Origin: the human T2T-CHM13v2.0 reference genome, Homo sapiens
Assembly (NCBI RefSeq): GCF_009914755.1
Contig: NC_060931.1
Strand: one strand, 5' to 3'
Length of the DNA: 64,000 bases
Shown here: one piece after another, positions 1-14,159 of the stretch
Numbering within the stretch: position 1 is the stretch's first letter
Layout of the letters: each line of letters opens with the position of its first letter
Notes under the pieces: generated by a model
What the model saw: only the letters and a program-made list of their open reading frames with translations
What the model was told of the DNA's origin: nothing
Databases searched by the model: none
Made by a program: the position numbers and the translations under genes

Positions 1-217
1 GAGCAGGTGTGTCACATGGTGAGAGATTAAACAAGAGAGATGTCAGGCTCTTTTAAACAACTGTCTTTTGCATAAATGCATAGAGCAAGAACTCACTATT
101 GTGGGGAGGGCATCAAGCCATTCATCAGGGATCCAACTCCATTAGGCCTCACTTCCAACATTGGAGATGACATTTCAATACGAGATTTGGAGGAGAGAAA
201 CATCCAAACTGTTACAC
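1..217. mobile_element. MaLR LTR fragment (MST-type), cut by the window edge
   Basis: Ends in gagatttggaggagagaaacatccaaactgttaca and contains aagaactcactattgtggggagggcatcaagccattcat, typical of MST LTRs. Confidence 0.75.
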
Positions 218-514
218 TGGCTGAATTGCACAACACTCCTTAGTGTCTTAGAAAAAGAGTGGGGCTATATCTCCAAAGTTTCCCAAAATCAAATTTTCTA
301 TGATACTTGTCATTGTGATTTAGAATTCTTACACAGGAATGGGTCAGATTACTGCAGTACTACAGTGGTTGGTTGGCAGAAAATGATTCAGCCCAGTGTG
401 CTTTCTTCTGGTAAAATGCTACAACTGACAAGATCATTTCTGGGTTTGCCATTTATAGTCTCTAAATATCTTTAATTTAAAAATAACCTATTTTTTTCCT
501 GGCTTTTTGATCTA

Positions 515-580
515 TTAGGTTGGCACAAAAGTAATTGCATTTTTTTGGCATTAACTACTATTACTTTTGCACCAACATAA
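515..580. mobile_element. MADE1 (Hsmar1-derived MITE), internally deleted
   Basis: Mariner TIRs ttaggttggcacaaaagtaat ... attacttttgcaccaacataa, preceded by TA. Confidence 0.85.
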
Positions 581-2164
581 TTTTTTTTGTTCTAGATCAT
601 CTTGTCACTTAACAAATATATATTGACACATATTATGTTCAAGACACTAGCCTGCTTAATATGAAAAATATACCCCCAAGGAATTTAGAGATTAATAGAG
701 ATGACAAGAAATAGACAATGCCCAGGAAGCTAGAGACATTGCTATAAAATGATAATTATAAGAATTCAGACTAGGAGACCTTATTTCTACTATGAGTCTG
801 CTTTATAGAGATGGCATCTGTGTTGCATACTAAAGTTCAGGAAGGATTTGGAAATGGAAATTTGGTGGGGCACAGCACTTCAGGTAGAGAGAGATGAAAG
901 AACTGTATCATGTTTGGAGAACAGTGAATGATTAAGTTTGATGTATAGGACATAAGAAGAAAATCCCTGGGAAACAAGCTGAAAAGATGGGTTGGATGAG
1001 TGACAGTGAGGCTCATGGGTCTGCCTTTTCAGGAAGAAACTTTCTACGGTCAGGCTATTTCTGGGTTTGTTAATATCATATTCCTGCCCGTGAGGCACCT
1101 TTGCCATTAGCTGTGATCACCACATAGTATGTGTGTGTTTCCTCACACCAGAGCTTATTTTCAGGAGACTTTTGACATGGTATCCTGGCCTTGAAACTTG
1201 GCCTTTGATATGCGATACTTGATGTGAAAGGTTAGGTTCACTGTTCCTACTTTGTTGACTGTTTTCTTTCAGGCCATATTCTGGTTTTATTAATTCTTAG
1301 TCTCCTTCCTTCAGTATGTTTTAAGATGGTATGTATGAAGGAGAAACTGATGCTTGAAATAAAAGAGAAAATGCACGTCTCCTGATACTAAGCACTAACG
1401 ATCCTGGATGTTCAGAGCTTCATGATCGTCTTGCTAACAATCTGGCACACTTACAGAACAGTAACTGCAAGAAGAGACTGTTTGGAGAGGTTTTACTTTC
1501 AATAATAAACCGGATATACTCATTAATTATATTCTAAAACCAACTTTTGACATGGTGAGAAGAAAATTTCAAGTCATTTCCTTCAGTGTCCAATGTCCCC
1601 TGTGCTATTTATTATATTCCTCTGGAAACCATTTTGTTTAGCTATTGAAATCTATTAATTTTGTCCCATTGGTCATATTTAGGCCCTTCTATAAGATGTA
1701 CTTGCTGTGTTAATTATTTAACTATCTTCCAACATAAATAATGTGTGGGTTTGATTTCAAGTGTAGATGATCCAGGATGTGTTTTAAAAGGCTCAAATTC
1801 GCCATGTTGCACTGTATAACTACATTAGGTGTGTCTGGGAATGGCTCTGAGCGGAATTAGAAGTAAGGGAACTTTGTTCTTCATCCTAGACCTACTTTTC
1901 TTGTCCCTTCCCTCTCCTGCCAGTGGTCTTGGCTTCTGTCTCTCAGGAACAGTTTCTATCTGTTCCTTTCAAAACCTGCCCTTATATGATGCTCCTTTAA
2001 ATTAATTCACACAATAGTTTAATCAACTGATAACTGAGAGTTATCCTTTATTACGTGCATTTGATTTAATAGGTTATAATACCCTAAGCCAAATGAGTTT
2101 TTTTTTTTTTTTAATTAGGTATGTTTGAAGTAGAGAGGCATTCCTGGCTTATTAAAATGTATCC

Positions 2165-2930
2165 TTTTGACTTTTAGATCCCACAGATAAGTGAGAATAT
2201 GTGATTTTTATCTTTCTGTGCCTGGCTTATTTCACTTAACATAATGATCTCTAGTTCCATCCATGTTGTTGCAAATAACTGGATCTCATTTTTTTTTTTA
2301 TGGCTGAATAGTACTCCCTTGTGTATATGTACCACCTTTTCTTTATCCATTAATCTGTTGCTGGACTGTTAAGTTGCTTCCAAATCTTAGCTATTGTAAA
2401 CAGCGCTACACAAAACATAGTGCAGATACCTCTCCTTTGATATGCTGATTTCCTTTCTTTTGGGTATGTACCCAGCAGTAGGATTGTTGGATCATATGGT
2501 AGCTCAAATTTTAGCTTTCTGAGAAACCTCCAAACTGTTCTCCACAGCGGTTGTACTAATTTACATTCCCACCAATTGAACTCATCGATATAGAGAGTAC
2601 AAGGAAGGTTACCAGAGCCTGGGAAGGGTAGTGAGGGAATGGCGGGGGGAAGTGGGGATGGTTAATAGGTTAAAAAAAAAATAGAAAGAATGAATAAGAC
2701 CTATTATTGGATAGCACAACAGGATGACTACAGTCAAGAATAATTGTACATTTTAAAACAAAGAGTGTAATTGGATTGGTTGTAACACCAAGGATAAATG
2801 CTTGAGAAGATGGATACTCCAATTCTCCATGATGTGTTTATTCCACGTTGCATGCGTGTATCAAAACATCTCATGTATTTCACAAATATGTACAGCTACT
2901 ATATACCCACAAAAATTAATTTAAAAATGA
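2165..2930 (+). mobile_element. Short L1MA-type 3' fragment with 5' inversion (about 2165-2575 antisense, 2573-2930 sense)
   Basis: L1 3' sequence switches strand at accaattgaa; TSD aaaatgtatccttt (2154-2167) / aaaatgtattcttt (2931-2944). Confidence 0.85.
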
Positions 2931-4444
2931 AAAATGTATTCTTTATCCTCTCCTATCCCAACCGAAAAGAGCCATTTTAAAAAGTTAAGTATTTGATAAA
3001 ATATTCTAAAGCTCTTTGTTAGGTATGACCTTAAGTTTAGCAAACATGCCTGATATTTTATACCTACAAGATTCCTCTTTCTAGTTTGCATTTAGAATGT
3101 GCTTTATTCCTCAAGTGTTTGGATGTTTCTTTCCTTACGTCTAATGAAAATTCTGTATTGCTGTCAAAATTCAAAAAGAACCATTATCATTTCTCTGTGG
3201 TAGTTCAGGAAAATTTAAATTAGATTTGTACTCTTCAAAATCAAAGCCTGTTTAGGCATAAACAAATTACATGCAAATAATGCAGAAAATATCAGGTGTA
3301 TTTATTACACTTGGATATGACCTTTGGAAAAATAATATAGTGCCTGGTTTTGTTAAAGAAGCAGTGGAGAACTGTGGCTGAATAAAAAGTCATCTATACA
3401 CAGTAAAAGTATAGTTTCTTTAAGTAATTGTTCATATCAGAATTATACTCCTGTTCTGATATGTAATGAGAAAAAGGTGAAGAAAGTTAGCTCCACAAAT
3501 GTGCTAAAGACAAAGAGACAAGTGGCATTATTTCATCTGCCTTTGGTTCTAATCTTGTTAAATTAGGGGAGAGAGGAGAATAATCTTTAAAATGCCATGT
3601 GTGGAATGTCATACATGACTGGAATCTAGGTTCCTTCAAACCAACTTAATATTATGATAAACTGGAACTGTTGTCATTGTTGTCATTTATGCCATCACTG
3701 TATTTATGGCCAAGGATGCTGCATTTTATGCTGAATTACACATTACCATAAACAAATGACGATAATTTTGATGCCTATAAGAAGTTTTATTTTTTAATGA
3801 AAAAAAGCAGGCAAGAAGTTGTACCGTTTGGCAAGATAGAATTTTCATGAAGACAAAGTATGTCATTGTTCATATAATGTAGTTTGGCAAGTGCTAAGTA
3901 AGGGTCTCAGTCTCAAAACAAGACACCCTTTTGACTTCAGCAGATATGTAAAGGCTGTTCATTACCTTCCTACTTACTCCTTTTGGTAGATTTCACAGTA
4001 TGTAATGCATCAGTGCAGAGGCTCTCAGGATACCATGCATGTAAACTGTGATGACTGGTGGAGTATTGGGATCATTAGACTAAGTTTGGGTTGTAGAGGA
4101 TTGGGCACTGCCTGAGTGAGCTTTTGGAGGTGAGTGAGAAAAAGGAGCAGGGGGACTCCAAGAAGGAGGAGTGCTAACATGAGACACAGAGAATCCAAAT
4201 TTCATCAAATCTTTTAATATTTAGTAGGACTAATTTTAGGCCCAGTATTACTAATTTTTTCCCATTTGATATTTAGCTTGTGAAAAGTCAACATGTAGAC
4301 ATTTGGTTGGGAAAAATGTTATATTAAAACATCATTTTACCTCATTTTTCTAATCATAGAAACATGGTTCTTTTTCCTGTAATATTTATGTCTCTGGACA
4401 TTTTTGTCCCTGAACATGCATGGGTACAAAATCAGAAAGAAATG

Positions 4445-4640
4445 AGCTTAAATACTGCCTTTGCACATAGGAGCAAAGTGATTTGGGGCAAGATAACCAC
4501 ACTGATCATAATTTTCTCATTTGAGAAATAGAGATAATAACCTTGATGAGATTTTTACGGAGCAATATGATGATATCTGTACATCACCTCATTGAGTGCT
4601 GGTACATGGTAATGTTCAAGGTTAGCTAGTATCATTGTCA
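4445..4640 (+). mobile_element. MIR SINE
   Basis: Degenerate MIR core (ggggcaagataacc...ttttctcatttgagaaatagagataataa). Confidence 0.55.
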
Positions 4641-6014
4641 TTGATACTACTGTCTCTCTGCTGAGACATTCTGAAAATTATTTCTTTCTAGAAATAAGCC
4701 TTTTGGTCAGACTTAACAAAAATGTTATTTTATTTTTAATATATTTGAAAATCAGGACTATCAGGCTCTGTTGCTTTTTTTCCACGTGGTACAAATACAT
4801 GCAGAGTTGATTTGATTTTAAATAAGTAAGGTATGAGAATCTTAGTCAAACCTTTTTTATGCCAAGAAATGTAAAGATTCCTTATTTGAATATTGTTGTG
4901 GTTCTTTGTATAAATGCAATCATTATGAAATGTACATTATGACTTGCTTCTCCATGGCATCTTGGACAAGAGCTTTTGCTTACTTTGGCAGAGGTCTGTG
5001 TGTATAAGGGTGTCTTCAAAATGCACAGCTGACTGATCAAAGGGATGCTCTAGGATCTGATGTTCTTGATGTAGGTAAGACTCATTATTCAGAAACTTGA
5101 TAAACAGAAATGTAAACTTTTTAATAACACTAATGTAAGTCATGGAACTGATTCATTATACATTATAAATTCGTTTACATATCTTGTAGTTAATTCAACA
5201 TTGTAAATGTTATCTTCTATTATTTAATGTCCTGTAGTATATATCTGGGTAAATGTGGTTCTTATTTTTTTCTGTTACTGTAATATATTAGATTGCTGCT
5301 TCTGTCCTTATTTTGCATATCTTCCTTGCTTTAGGCCAAACCAATCTTTAGATTGTGTCTGCCAACAGAATTGGGAAGTACAGTTAAAGAAGCAAAGGAT
5401 TACAGGTCATTGATCTGTTGCATGACAGGCAAAGATGCGATAGAAAGTAAGTGATGTTTTAGCTTAGTGTGTTGTATTCAAATTAGACACATGTATGTGT
5501 CTTCTTTTCACTTATAAGGCTTTGGCACTCATCAGACAGTCCTATGCTGGGAAGGGGAATTGTAACTCCTGCTCTCATTTATCTCATCATCTCCTAGTCT
5601 TGTTGAGAAATCTACTTTGACTTTGCAGATACATTTTCATTGTATGACACAGTTAATAATTAGGATTTCAATTTATCAGAAAGTAATTGATAAATGTTGC
5701 AGAACAGGATTACAGCTTTCAGGCACATCCTTCTAAAGGTGCTCTTGGATACTGTATTGTTACATTTTGAAACTGACATCTGTTAATGTTTCTAGGTACC
5801 TTCGTTTTCCATGGTCTTTGTTTTTGATCTCTTCTGGTGCTTTCCTTAATTATTACAGCACCAAATTCATAGTAGTCTCTTTTTCAAAAAATGTTTGCTG
5901 ACTGAGTATTTGCTCTTATGTCTCTGGAATTTTTTAAAGCACGTATTGTGCCATTCATTATCTAATTGATAGAATGAGAGTATATAGGATGGCTAACTTC
6001 ATATAGGAGGATAA

Positions 6015-6170
6015 CCCATAGTTTTCAGAGTCAAGGGCACTCAGCTTTGAATCTCATTCTATCCTGTACTAGCTGGAAAAAATAAAGTAGCTTCACTGAG
6101 CCTAGTCTTTTACACAAGTAAAGTAGGTGTGCTTTCTATTACATGCTACATTCTATGCAGATGAAGTGAA
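6015..6170 (+). mobile_element. MIR SINE
   Basis: agagtcaag...tttgaatctcattctatcctgtactagctg...cactgagcctagt resembles the MIR core. Confidence 0.5.
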
Positions 6171-6187
6171 AAAAAAAAAACCAACTT

Positions 6188-6645
6188 ACTATCAGTCAGC
6201 TCGCTGGCAGGAAACATAGGACATATTCAAATGGGAAATTGAGGGAAGCAACACCTTGTAAAAGTATGGGCAAGTTTAAAGGGGACCTACAAGGTAATAT
6301 GAAGTATCCTGGACCAGCAACAGTGGGGGATCCTCGCTATGCATAGGCCTGAAGGGGAGTGATAGGAATGAAGTTTCTAGAACCCAGAAATAGTGTTAGG
6401 GTGTAGGAGAGTGCCTTCTGGAACGGAGGCCTTTGGTAGAAGAATGAAGCTGAACCATAGCCTGGTAGGGCATGAGAACAGGGAGTAAATACAATAACTT
6501 GACTTGATTCCCACTCTCCCATTTTCTGCTAGGGCTTCTGATTGGACAAACTCAGTCAGAAAGGAATCCACTAATGCAATTTATAGAAATTAGCCTCTAG
6601 GGAACAGAGAAGGGTGGAACTGAGAGGATAATAAACATATCTAGC
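6188..6645 (-). mobile_element. Ancient ERVL-class solo LTR (subfamily uncertain)
   Basis: tatcagtcag...ggcaggaaaca start and ggcttctgattggacaaactcagtcagaaag motif seen in old ERVL-type LTRs. Confidence 0.55.
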
Positions 6646-6689
6646 TATCTATGGATCTATCATGGACTTAGTGACTGCTACTTAGCATA

Positions 6690-6825
6690 TAGGGTGGCCA
6701 TATAATTTATTGTCCAAATTGCAATACTTTTGAGAACAAAAGGAGACACCACTATTAATAACTGCACTAGGACAACAGGCATAAAGCAGAGCTGAGCCAG
6801 GCAAATTAGGCTTACTGTTACCTTA
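6690..6825 (+). mobile_element. MER94-like hAT-Blackjack MITE
   Basis: tagggtggccatataatttattgtccaaa...cttttgaga...ctattaataa...ggacaacaggcataaa...gttacctta. Confidence 0.75.
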
Positions 6826-7961
6826 CTAAGACCATAATAAGCCTAGGTGAATATGAATTGCCTTTCCTTTTTTAACCACTTTTCTCAGATTCTTTCTTTT
6901 CTTATAATAGTGTAATGTGAGTATTTTGAGAAAGAAGATTGGATTATTTTAATAAAGCAATCTAGACTCATACCCCTGTGGCAGGCTTTCCAAAGTCGTA
7001 ATTATTACTGAGTCCCTTGCTAACATCTGCCAGAAGAGTGCAAAGGATTTAGGTTATTCGTTAAACTTAAATCCTGATTATCTTGTTTAGTAGTCTCCCA
7101 TTGCTTAGAAACCTCTTTTGAGCACTGAAGACAGTGGAAGCAGCAGAAAGTCTATTAATAAATGGGATATACATGCTTTGCATGAAGAAATTTGGTGAGC
7201 TATTTATTTTTCTCTAGCCATGGTCTTTCTATTTCTATCTTAAACCCAAGTACTTCACATGTAGGTTGCTTTGTTTTTAAAGATATCTATGATTAGTATT
7301 TTTAGTTTGTGTTAATATTGGTGATTGACCAGGAATGGTTTTTAATGTCTTATTTCAAGCAAGAAATAAGAATACTAATGAATACAGGGAATTAATGATA
7401 TCAACAAACATTTCAGCATAGATACTTGTAAGTTCAAAGACCAAAAATATTTTATTTAAGTGAAGAAATGTCAGTAGGATTAAATGGAATAAAGTGCATT
7501 TGGAACAAAGGAAACTCTATGGAAATTGTAGTTTACCTTGTATATATGTCTTGACTGTGATTTTTTGACAGCAAACTTGAGAAATAAACAATCCTGGTGA
7601 TGTCTGCTTATCAGTGTTCCATTTTCATATTGACGCATTTACTGCCTCGTTTGTGACATCCCTGCCAACATCAATAACCTGCTGCTTCCCTTTCCTGGCC
7701 CACTGACTTTTTGAAAGTGCTTGCTTTGCCCAACTTTGATGTATCCATTTGTTCATAGGATCTTGCACTGCTCCTTTGCCATTCATTCAGATTTGAATGA
7801 AGTCTCCTCAAGGAGTGACTTACTCCTTTCCTCTGAAGACTTCCTTTTAGTTAACAATTGGTAGATTCACTTGACTGTGAGTCTAACTGATTGGGGTGAC
7901 ATATGGCTCTCTCAGCCCTAGTGTTTTTCCAACCCTTTTGAAAGACAGGGTATAATCCTAA

Positions 7962-8297
<336 letters not shown>

Positions 8298-8524
8298 CTT
8301 TCTAGAACTTCTTAATGTCACCTCTACAAAAACAAATTAAGGAATTTACACAATTTGGTATTGGTAAACATGATTTTTTTAAAAAGCATATGAATTATAA
8401 TAAAATATTTTTTGCTACCAAATACAATTTTTTAAATTGAAAAGTAGAAATGGAAAAATTTTAACCACTGAAACTGCCGTATAAAGGTAAAGCAAATATT
8501 TGCAAATAAGCTGGTTAACTAATG

Positions 8525-9270
8525 TATCTATTCATTCACAAAATACTTTTTAAGTCCTGTTATCACCAGATGTTCCAGGCATAGGGGTACAATGGTGAGT
8601 AAGATAGGCATGTTCTCTAATCTAATGGAGTTTAAATTTTAAATAGGGAAGACAAGCAATGAACAACTACAACACAAGTAAACAGTTTATAAACCATCAG
8701 AGACTATCAAGTGCTATGTGAAGAATGCTGTTATGGAGTCACAGAGTTGCTGCCTTCTAGGTTAGGGAAAGTCTTTTGAAGGAGGTGACTGTTAAGCTAA
8801 TGTCTGAGTGACAAGGGGCACTAGTCAAGCAATGATCTGGGGAGATACTTTTCTAGTCTGTAGGAATCTCCAGCACAAGGGGGCTGGGGCTAGAACCAGC
8901 TTGGCAGGTTCTAGGCACCAGAAGATGGTCAGGGAGGTTGGAGTGAGCAGAGAGGAGAGTGCTATGAGATGGCAGGGAGGGCTTACTAGATTCTGTTGGG
9001 CTTTGTAAACCAGGATAAAGAGTTCAGATTTTATTCTTTGTTCTCTGGAATATAATTGAAGTGTGTTATATAAGGAAGTGAAATGATTTGATGAACATAT
9101 TTAGAAGATCACTCGGACAGCTGAGTGAAGAATTAACCACACACGTAAGCCAGAAAGGAGGCTTGAAGATTATTGAAAAGCTATTGCACCACCAGTGATA
9201 GATAGTGGTGGCTGACAATAAGGTAGTGGTGACAGCACTGGAGAGAAATAGGCAGAATGGGGTCAAGTTT
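8525..9270 (-). mobile_element. L2 LINE relic
   Basis: attcattcacaaaatac (L2 3' end) followed by purine-rich L2 body. Confidence 0.65.
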
Positions 9271-10084
9271 TGCTTTGTTGGATGTTTGACTTTAGAAAGC
9301 AGTCTATAGGAATATAATAGTTGGTGACTAGAATCAAAGGATTGTTTGTTTCTTTTTAACAGAACAAGACTTCCTAGGTAAGAACTCAGAAGGGACTTAT
9401 ATGTGCTCTAGCTATACTACTTTTTTCCTGTTTAGTTTTCTTGGCCTATTATCTGGAAAAGTGCTACTCAACCTTTCTCATAAAATATTATGGGAAAAGT
9501 CTCCATAGTTGCCTCTCAACCTGTCCATATTGACTGGGTGCTTTGTGTTAGTCTAACTCCCAGTATCCTTTGTGTACACAATTGTAATTCATACATTTTT
9601 GTGCTATTTAGAAAAGGGTGATGGTAACTTCTAAAGCCGAGTTGAAAGAAGCATGATAGAAAGGGATGCTGTGTGTAAGTAGGTTGTTAGGTAGATGAAA
9701 TGACCCATGCTGAATGAATGTGACAAGGAAGAAGGGGATTTGAACGAATCACCCTTAGACAAAACACCGCCTGTAAGTGATTCTAAGGATGCATTACAGA
9801 AGCCCGTTACAAGTAAGTGAAGTCTTCCTACAAGCCCACAGCTGATATCTTGATTAAATATTTAGAAGGAGCTCTTAGGAAAATAGAAAAAAGAGGCAAG
9901 TGAAGGGGCAAGGAGGAAAAATTTAGAGTGGAAATGGAACTTAAGCAGAGTCAAAGCAAGAAGAAGGGAGAGTCTCATTCTCCATTTGCTTCAAAAACAA
10001 AAACCAAGAAACAACCCCCGCCGCCAAAACAAAAACAAAAACAAAAAAAACAAACCTCAGTCTGTGAACAAAGCCCAGGTCAAT

Positions 10085-10315
10085 ATTTGGTAGTAAGAAC
10101 ATTGACTTTAGAGTCAGGCAGGCCTGAGTTTGAATCCACATTCCAAGTTACATGTGTGTCCTTCTGTGCGTAAGAGAGGGATGCTTATACACAGCATCCC
10201 TTCCTATCATGCTTCTTTCAACACAGAATTGCCTTTGAGTCTCAATTTTTTCATATAGAAAATGGAGTTGTAATGTCTAAATCATAGTGACCCTAGAAAA
10301 CATTTAATGAGATGG
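10085..10315 (+). mobile_element. MIR SINE interrupted by a non-MIR templated insertion
   Basis: agagtcaggcaggcctgagtttgaatcc ... gagtctcaattttttcatatagaaaatggag; the insert at 10177-10222 copies 9641-9679. Confidence 0.7.
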
Positions 10316-10719
10316 CTGTATTTGACTCTAACTCCTGTCTGTTTATCTAAGTGTCTTTGGCAAAAGACTTAATCTTTTAAAACTTTGTTTCCTCATCTCT
10401 AAGGCAGGACTAATATCTATGTCACAAGATTGTTGTCTAATACATTATCATTAAGTGTTATTATTTTTGAAGGTTCATTGTTTAAAATCTCAGACCAGAA
10501 AAGGCAATCAATAAATATTTTTTCCTTTGTTATTTTCTTTTCTTCAAGTCTTGTATATTATTACTGTTCATCTTCCATTACAGAAAATCACTCCCGTACA
10601 CAATGTTTATAAGTTGGTTTTCAAGTTTGCTTAAATAAGTACATACTTGCTTTGAACTATTTTTCTCCTGGGATCTCTGCATAATTTTTTTCCTCTCAGT
10701 TTGGTGTAATTACTAATGG

Positions 10720-10778
10720 CTTCTCTTTTCACTCTAAAAGTGTCCCAGTTTGGACAACAAATTATGTCATCACCCCAC
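10720..10778 (-). mobile_element. MER94-like fragment
   Basis: ttttcactctaaaagtgtcccagtttggacaacaaattatg is the reverse complement of the MER94 left half. Confidence 0.65.
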
Positions 10779-12089
10779 TTATGGTTTCTATTACTTATGT
10801 AATCATCCAATGTATAATTTAAAATATATATCTTTTAATTTTATGAAGAAAGAGTCATGTCAGGATGACATTTGTAAAACAGTTTTCTGAAACAAAGCAG
10901 TATCTTGTTTACTGAATATGCAATGAACGAATCCACTGGCAAGCCCTGATTGATTAGGACACTCATGATGATCTGTCACTCCTGGAACATGCTGGGGCAG
11001 ACCAGTTACATTCTTGTGGATCATTTCCTCAAGCTGCATGTCATGAAAGTGCTCATGATGTTAGAATGCAATCCACTCTTTCCTAAGTGCAGGTGCGTGG
11101 TGGTCTCTGAGATTCAGATGCCCCTATGTGCATTGGTTGAGTTGTCCCTTGACACCCATGTCAGGGATGCTTGTAAAAGCAACATGACTGTCTTTAGGGA
11201 AAATGAATTTTTGAAGTCTCAACAGAAAGTATAGCTCAGTGCTTTTGGGGGAACCACAGGGATGACATTTTTTGGGAATGGTGATTTCATTTCTCAACTT
11301 GGTCATATGGTAGAGAAAAAAAAGGCTCTTTTAAAAGTATAGTCTGGACATTGCCCTAGTACCACATCAGATTGGAAAACTATGAAACTTTGAATTCTTA
11401 ATATTTCATTTCTCCTTAAACGGGTTATAATAACACATCTATTTTTTTCATATTTGATTCATCATTTGATTGATTTTTATATGTTCTAGCAGGAAAGGAG
11501 CTAAAAAATTCATAGTATTATAATTAACAAATGTCAAGTACCTTTACAATTTATCTCATTCTACTTTCTATGCCAACCTCTTTCCTATCACAATATAACT
11601 AGAAATTCATATAAAACAGTCCACATGAAATAGCATCTGCTTTCAGCTGGCTTTCTAACTTCTCAGAGTTAGATACATGAAAAAAAGTTGAAGAAAATGA
11701 GAAGAGAGTAAAAAATAACTGTTAAATTAAGTTTAAAATGAATACTTCAGGGCAGGATTTGGGATTCTGTGGATAATTCAGTCTACCTAGGAAAGAAAAT
11801 CTCTAAATACATTATTATTTTAAAACCAAGTATTAGAGGGTTTAGACTTTTAAAAGCATTGGATATAATTTTGGATGTCTGGCAGAACTAGGATATCAAC
11901 TTTTATTAAAACAGTCCTTTTAGGAAAAAACATGAAATATTCATTGCTGATATTATTCCAAATTTTCTTCTATATTAAATCTGGAATTAGAATAGGGTAC
12001 TTTTAATTTTTATAATGGTAGGTACATTGTGCTGTAATAATATTAGCTCCAATTTAAGGTCTTGGCGGATGCTAGGTCTTTGAAGTTTA

Positions 12090-12243
12090 CTGTCTCATGT
12101 AATCCTCCCCACCTTCTTAAGAGTTAGGGTTATCTTCATAGCACAGGTGGCGAAACTGAGGTTACTAACTTGGTCAAAGCCACACAATTAGTGATTGATG
12201 GAGCCAGTTTTCAATGCTAGAACTTGCTCTTTTACCATGTTAC
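12090..12243 (-). mobile_element. MIR SINE
   Basis: cacaggtggcgaaactgaggttactaacttggtcaaagccacacaattagtg. Confidence 0.65.
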
Positions 12244-13520
12244 AGAATGTAGTTTGTTTACAAGAGTTATTATGTTTTTTTTCCTAGATGTCATCATAAC
12301 TTTAGTGGAAGTCACAATTTACTGCAATCATAATGTTTGCTAAACACCTCTTTATCCCTTACTTATCAGATTGCCATCATTAGCCTTAACTACATTGCTA
12401 TTTATATGACCTTTACCTTCTACTTTTCTATGGTTAAGTAGATATGAACCATTTCAGCCTTCTTTGTTAAGGAATTTTGGATATTTCTTGGTTCTGGTCT
12501 TCCAACTTAACTTCTAATATACTAAGTATTTTGTGCCATAGTTAAACGTTTACTACCATTGACAAGAACTGTCAGCACTCAAAACTTTTTTATAAAGAAA
12601 AAATAGCCTACAAATGTTAAGATTCAGATTGTTGAATTTTAATCAATAGGAAGCTTTGCTTACCCTCTGCAGTGAAATTTTCTAACTGAGATTAAACGTG
12701 GTTCCTATTCTCAGCTGTGCCCCAGTGAATGTTCATGGAGTCATTGTATTGTTTCTTAATTTCTTCTTTTTAAAAATATTGATGTACTCCTTAAAACTGA
12801 AAGAAAATAACACCATGTGTCCAGGGATTTGGAAGCATAGTCTGAAGTAACTTCTAATAGCATAAAGTTTCAAGTTTTGTTTCATATTAAAAATTCATGT
12901 GTGCACTGTAACTTGTATATTCTTATCTCTGATATAAATATATTGTCTAAAATACTTTCACATAAAACTGGTATTTCAGGAAGACGTGCTACATTTTCCT
13001 CTGGTATGAACTGTTTTGGAAAACTAACTTACGTTTTCTGGTGGCACACATAGTCTAGTTTGAAAATCATGAAGCTAAAGAATTTTCTCCAGGAAATCCT
13101 ATTAGAAAAAGGAGCCACTCATCCATTTATTCATTCAACAGATATTCTTTCCTGAATTCACTCTAATGACTATGGGGACATTGGGCACAGGCTAATGACT
13201 AATTTCATCAAGGTTCTTGCTTTCATGGGTCTTACATTCTGAGGAGGAGTATTACTAAATAACTAAGTAAGCCAGAAAATGCCATATGACAATATTAGGA
13301 TGAAAATAAAGCAAGATATTGTGATTGGAATAAACATGGACTTTTTCGGATCCCATAGGTTGAGAAAGATCTCTCTGGGGATATAACTTTTTAAACGGAC
13401 ACCTGAATGATAGGCAAAAGTCAGTCATACAAATATATGTTGCAGTAATTTCCAGGCATATAGTTCCAGCATAGAGCAAAAGTCTTAGGGCTGAAATGAG
13501 TGTGACTTTGTCTTTTATCA

Positions 13521-14159
<639 letters not shown>

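Noticed and set aside
1273-1554. Possible exon (ttttctttcag acceptor; donors at 1329 or 1555)
   Set aside because: The donor is ambiguous and there is no coding support; such matches are expected by chance.
10900-11310. GC-richer island with 94-aa and 60-aa ORFs, a possible pseudogene
   Set aside because: No protein similarity I can recognise and no convincing TSD; BLASTX or Dfam would be needed.
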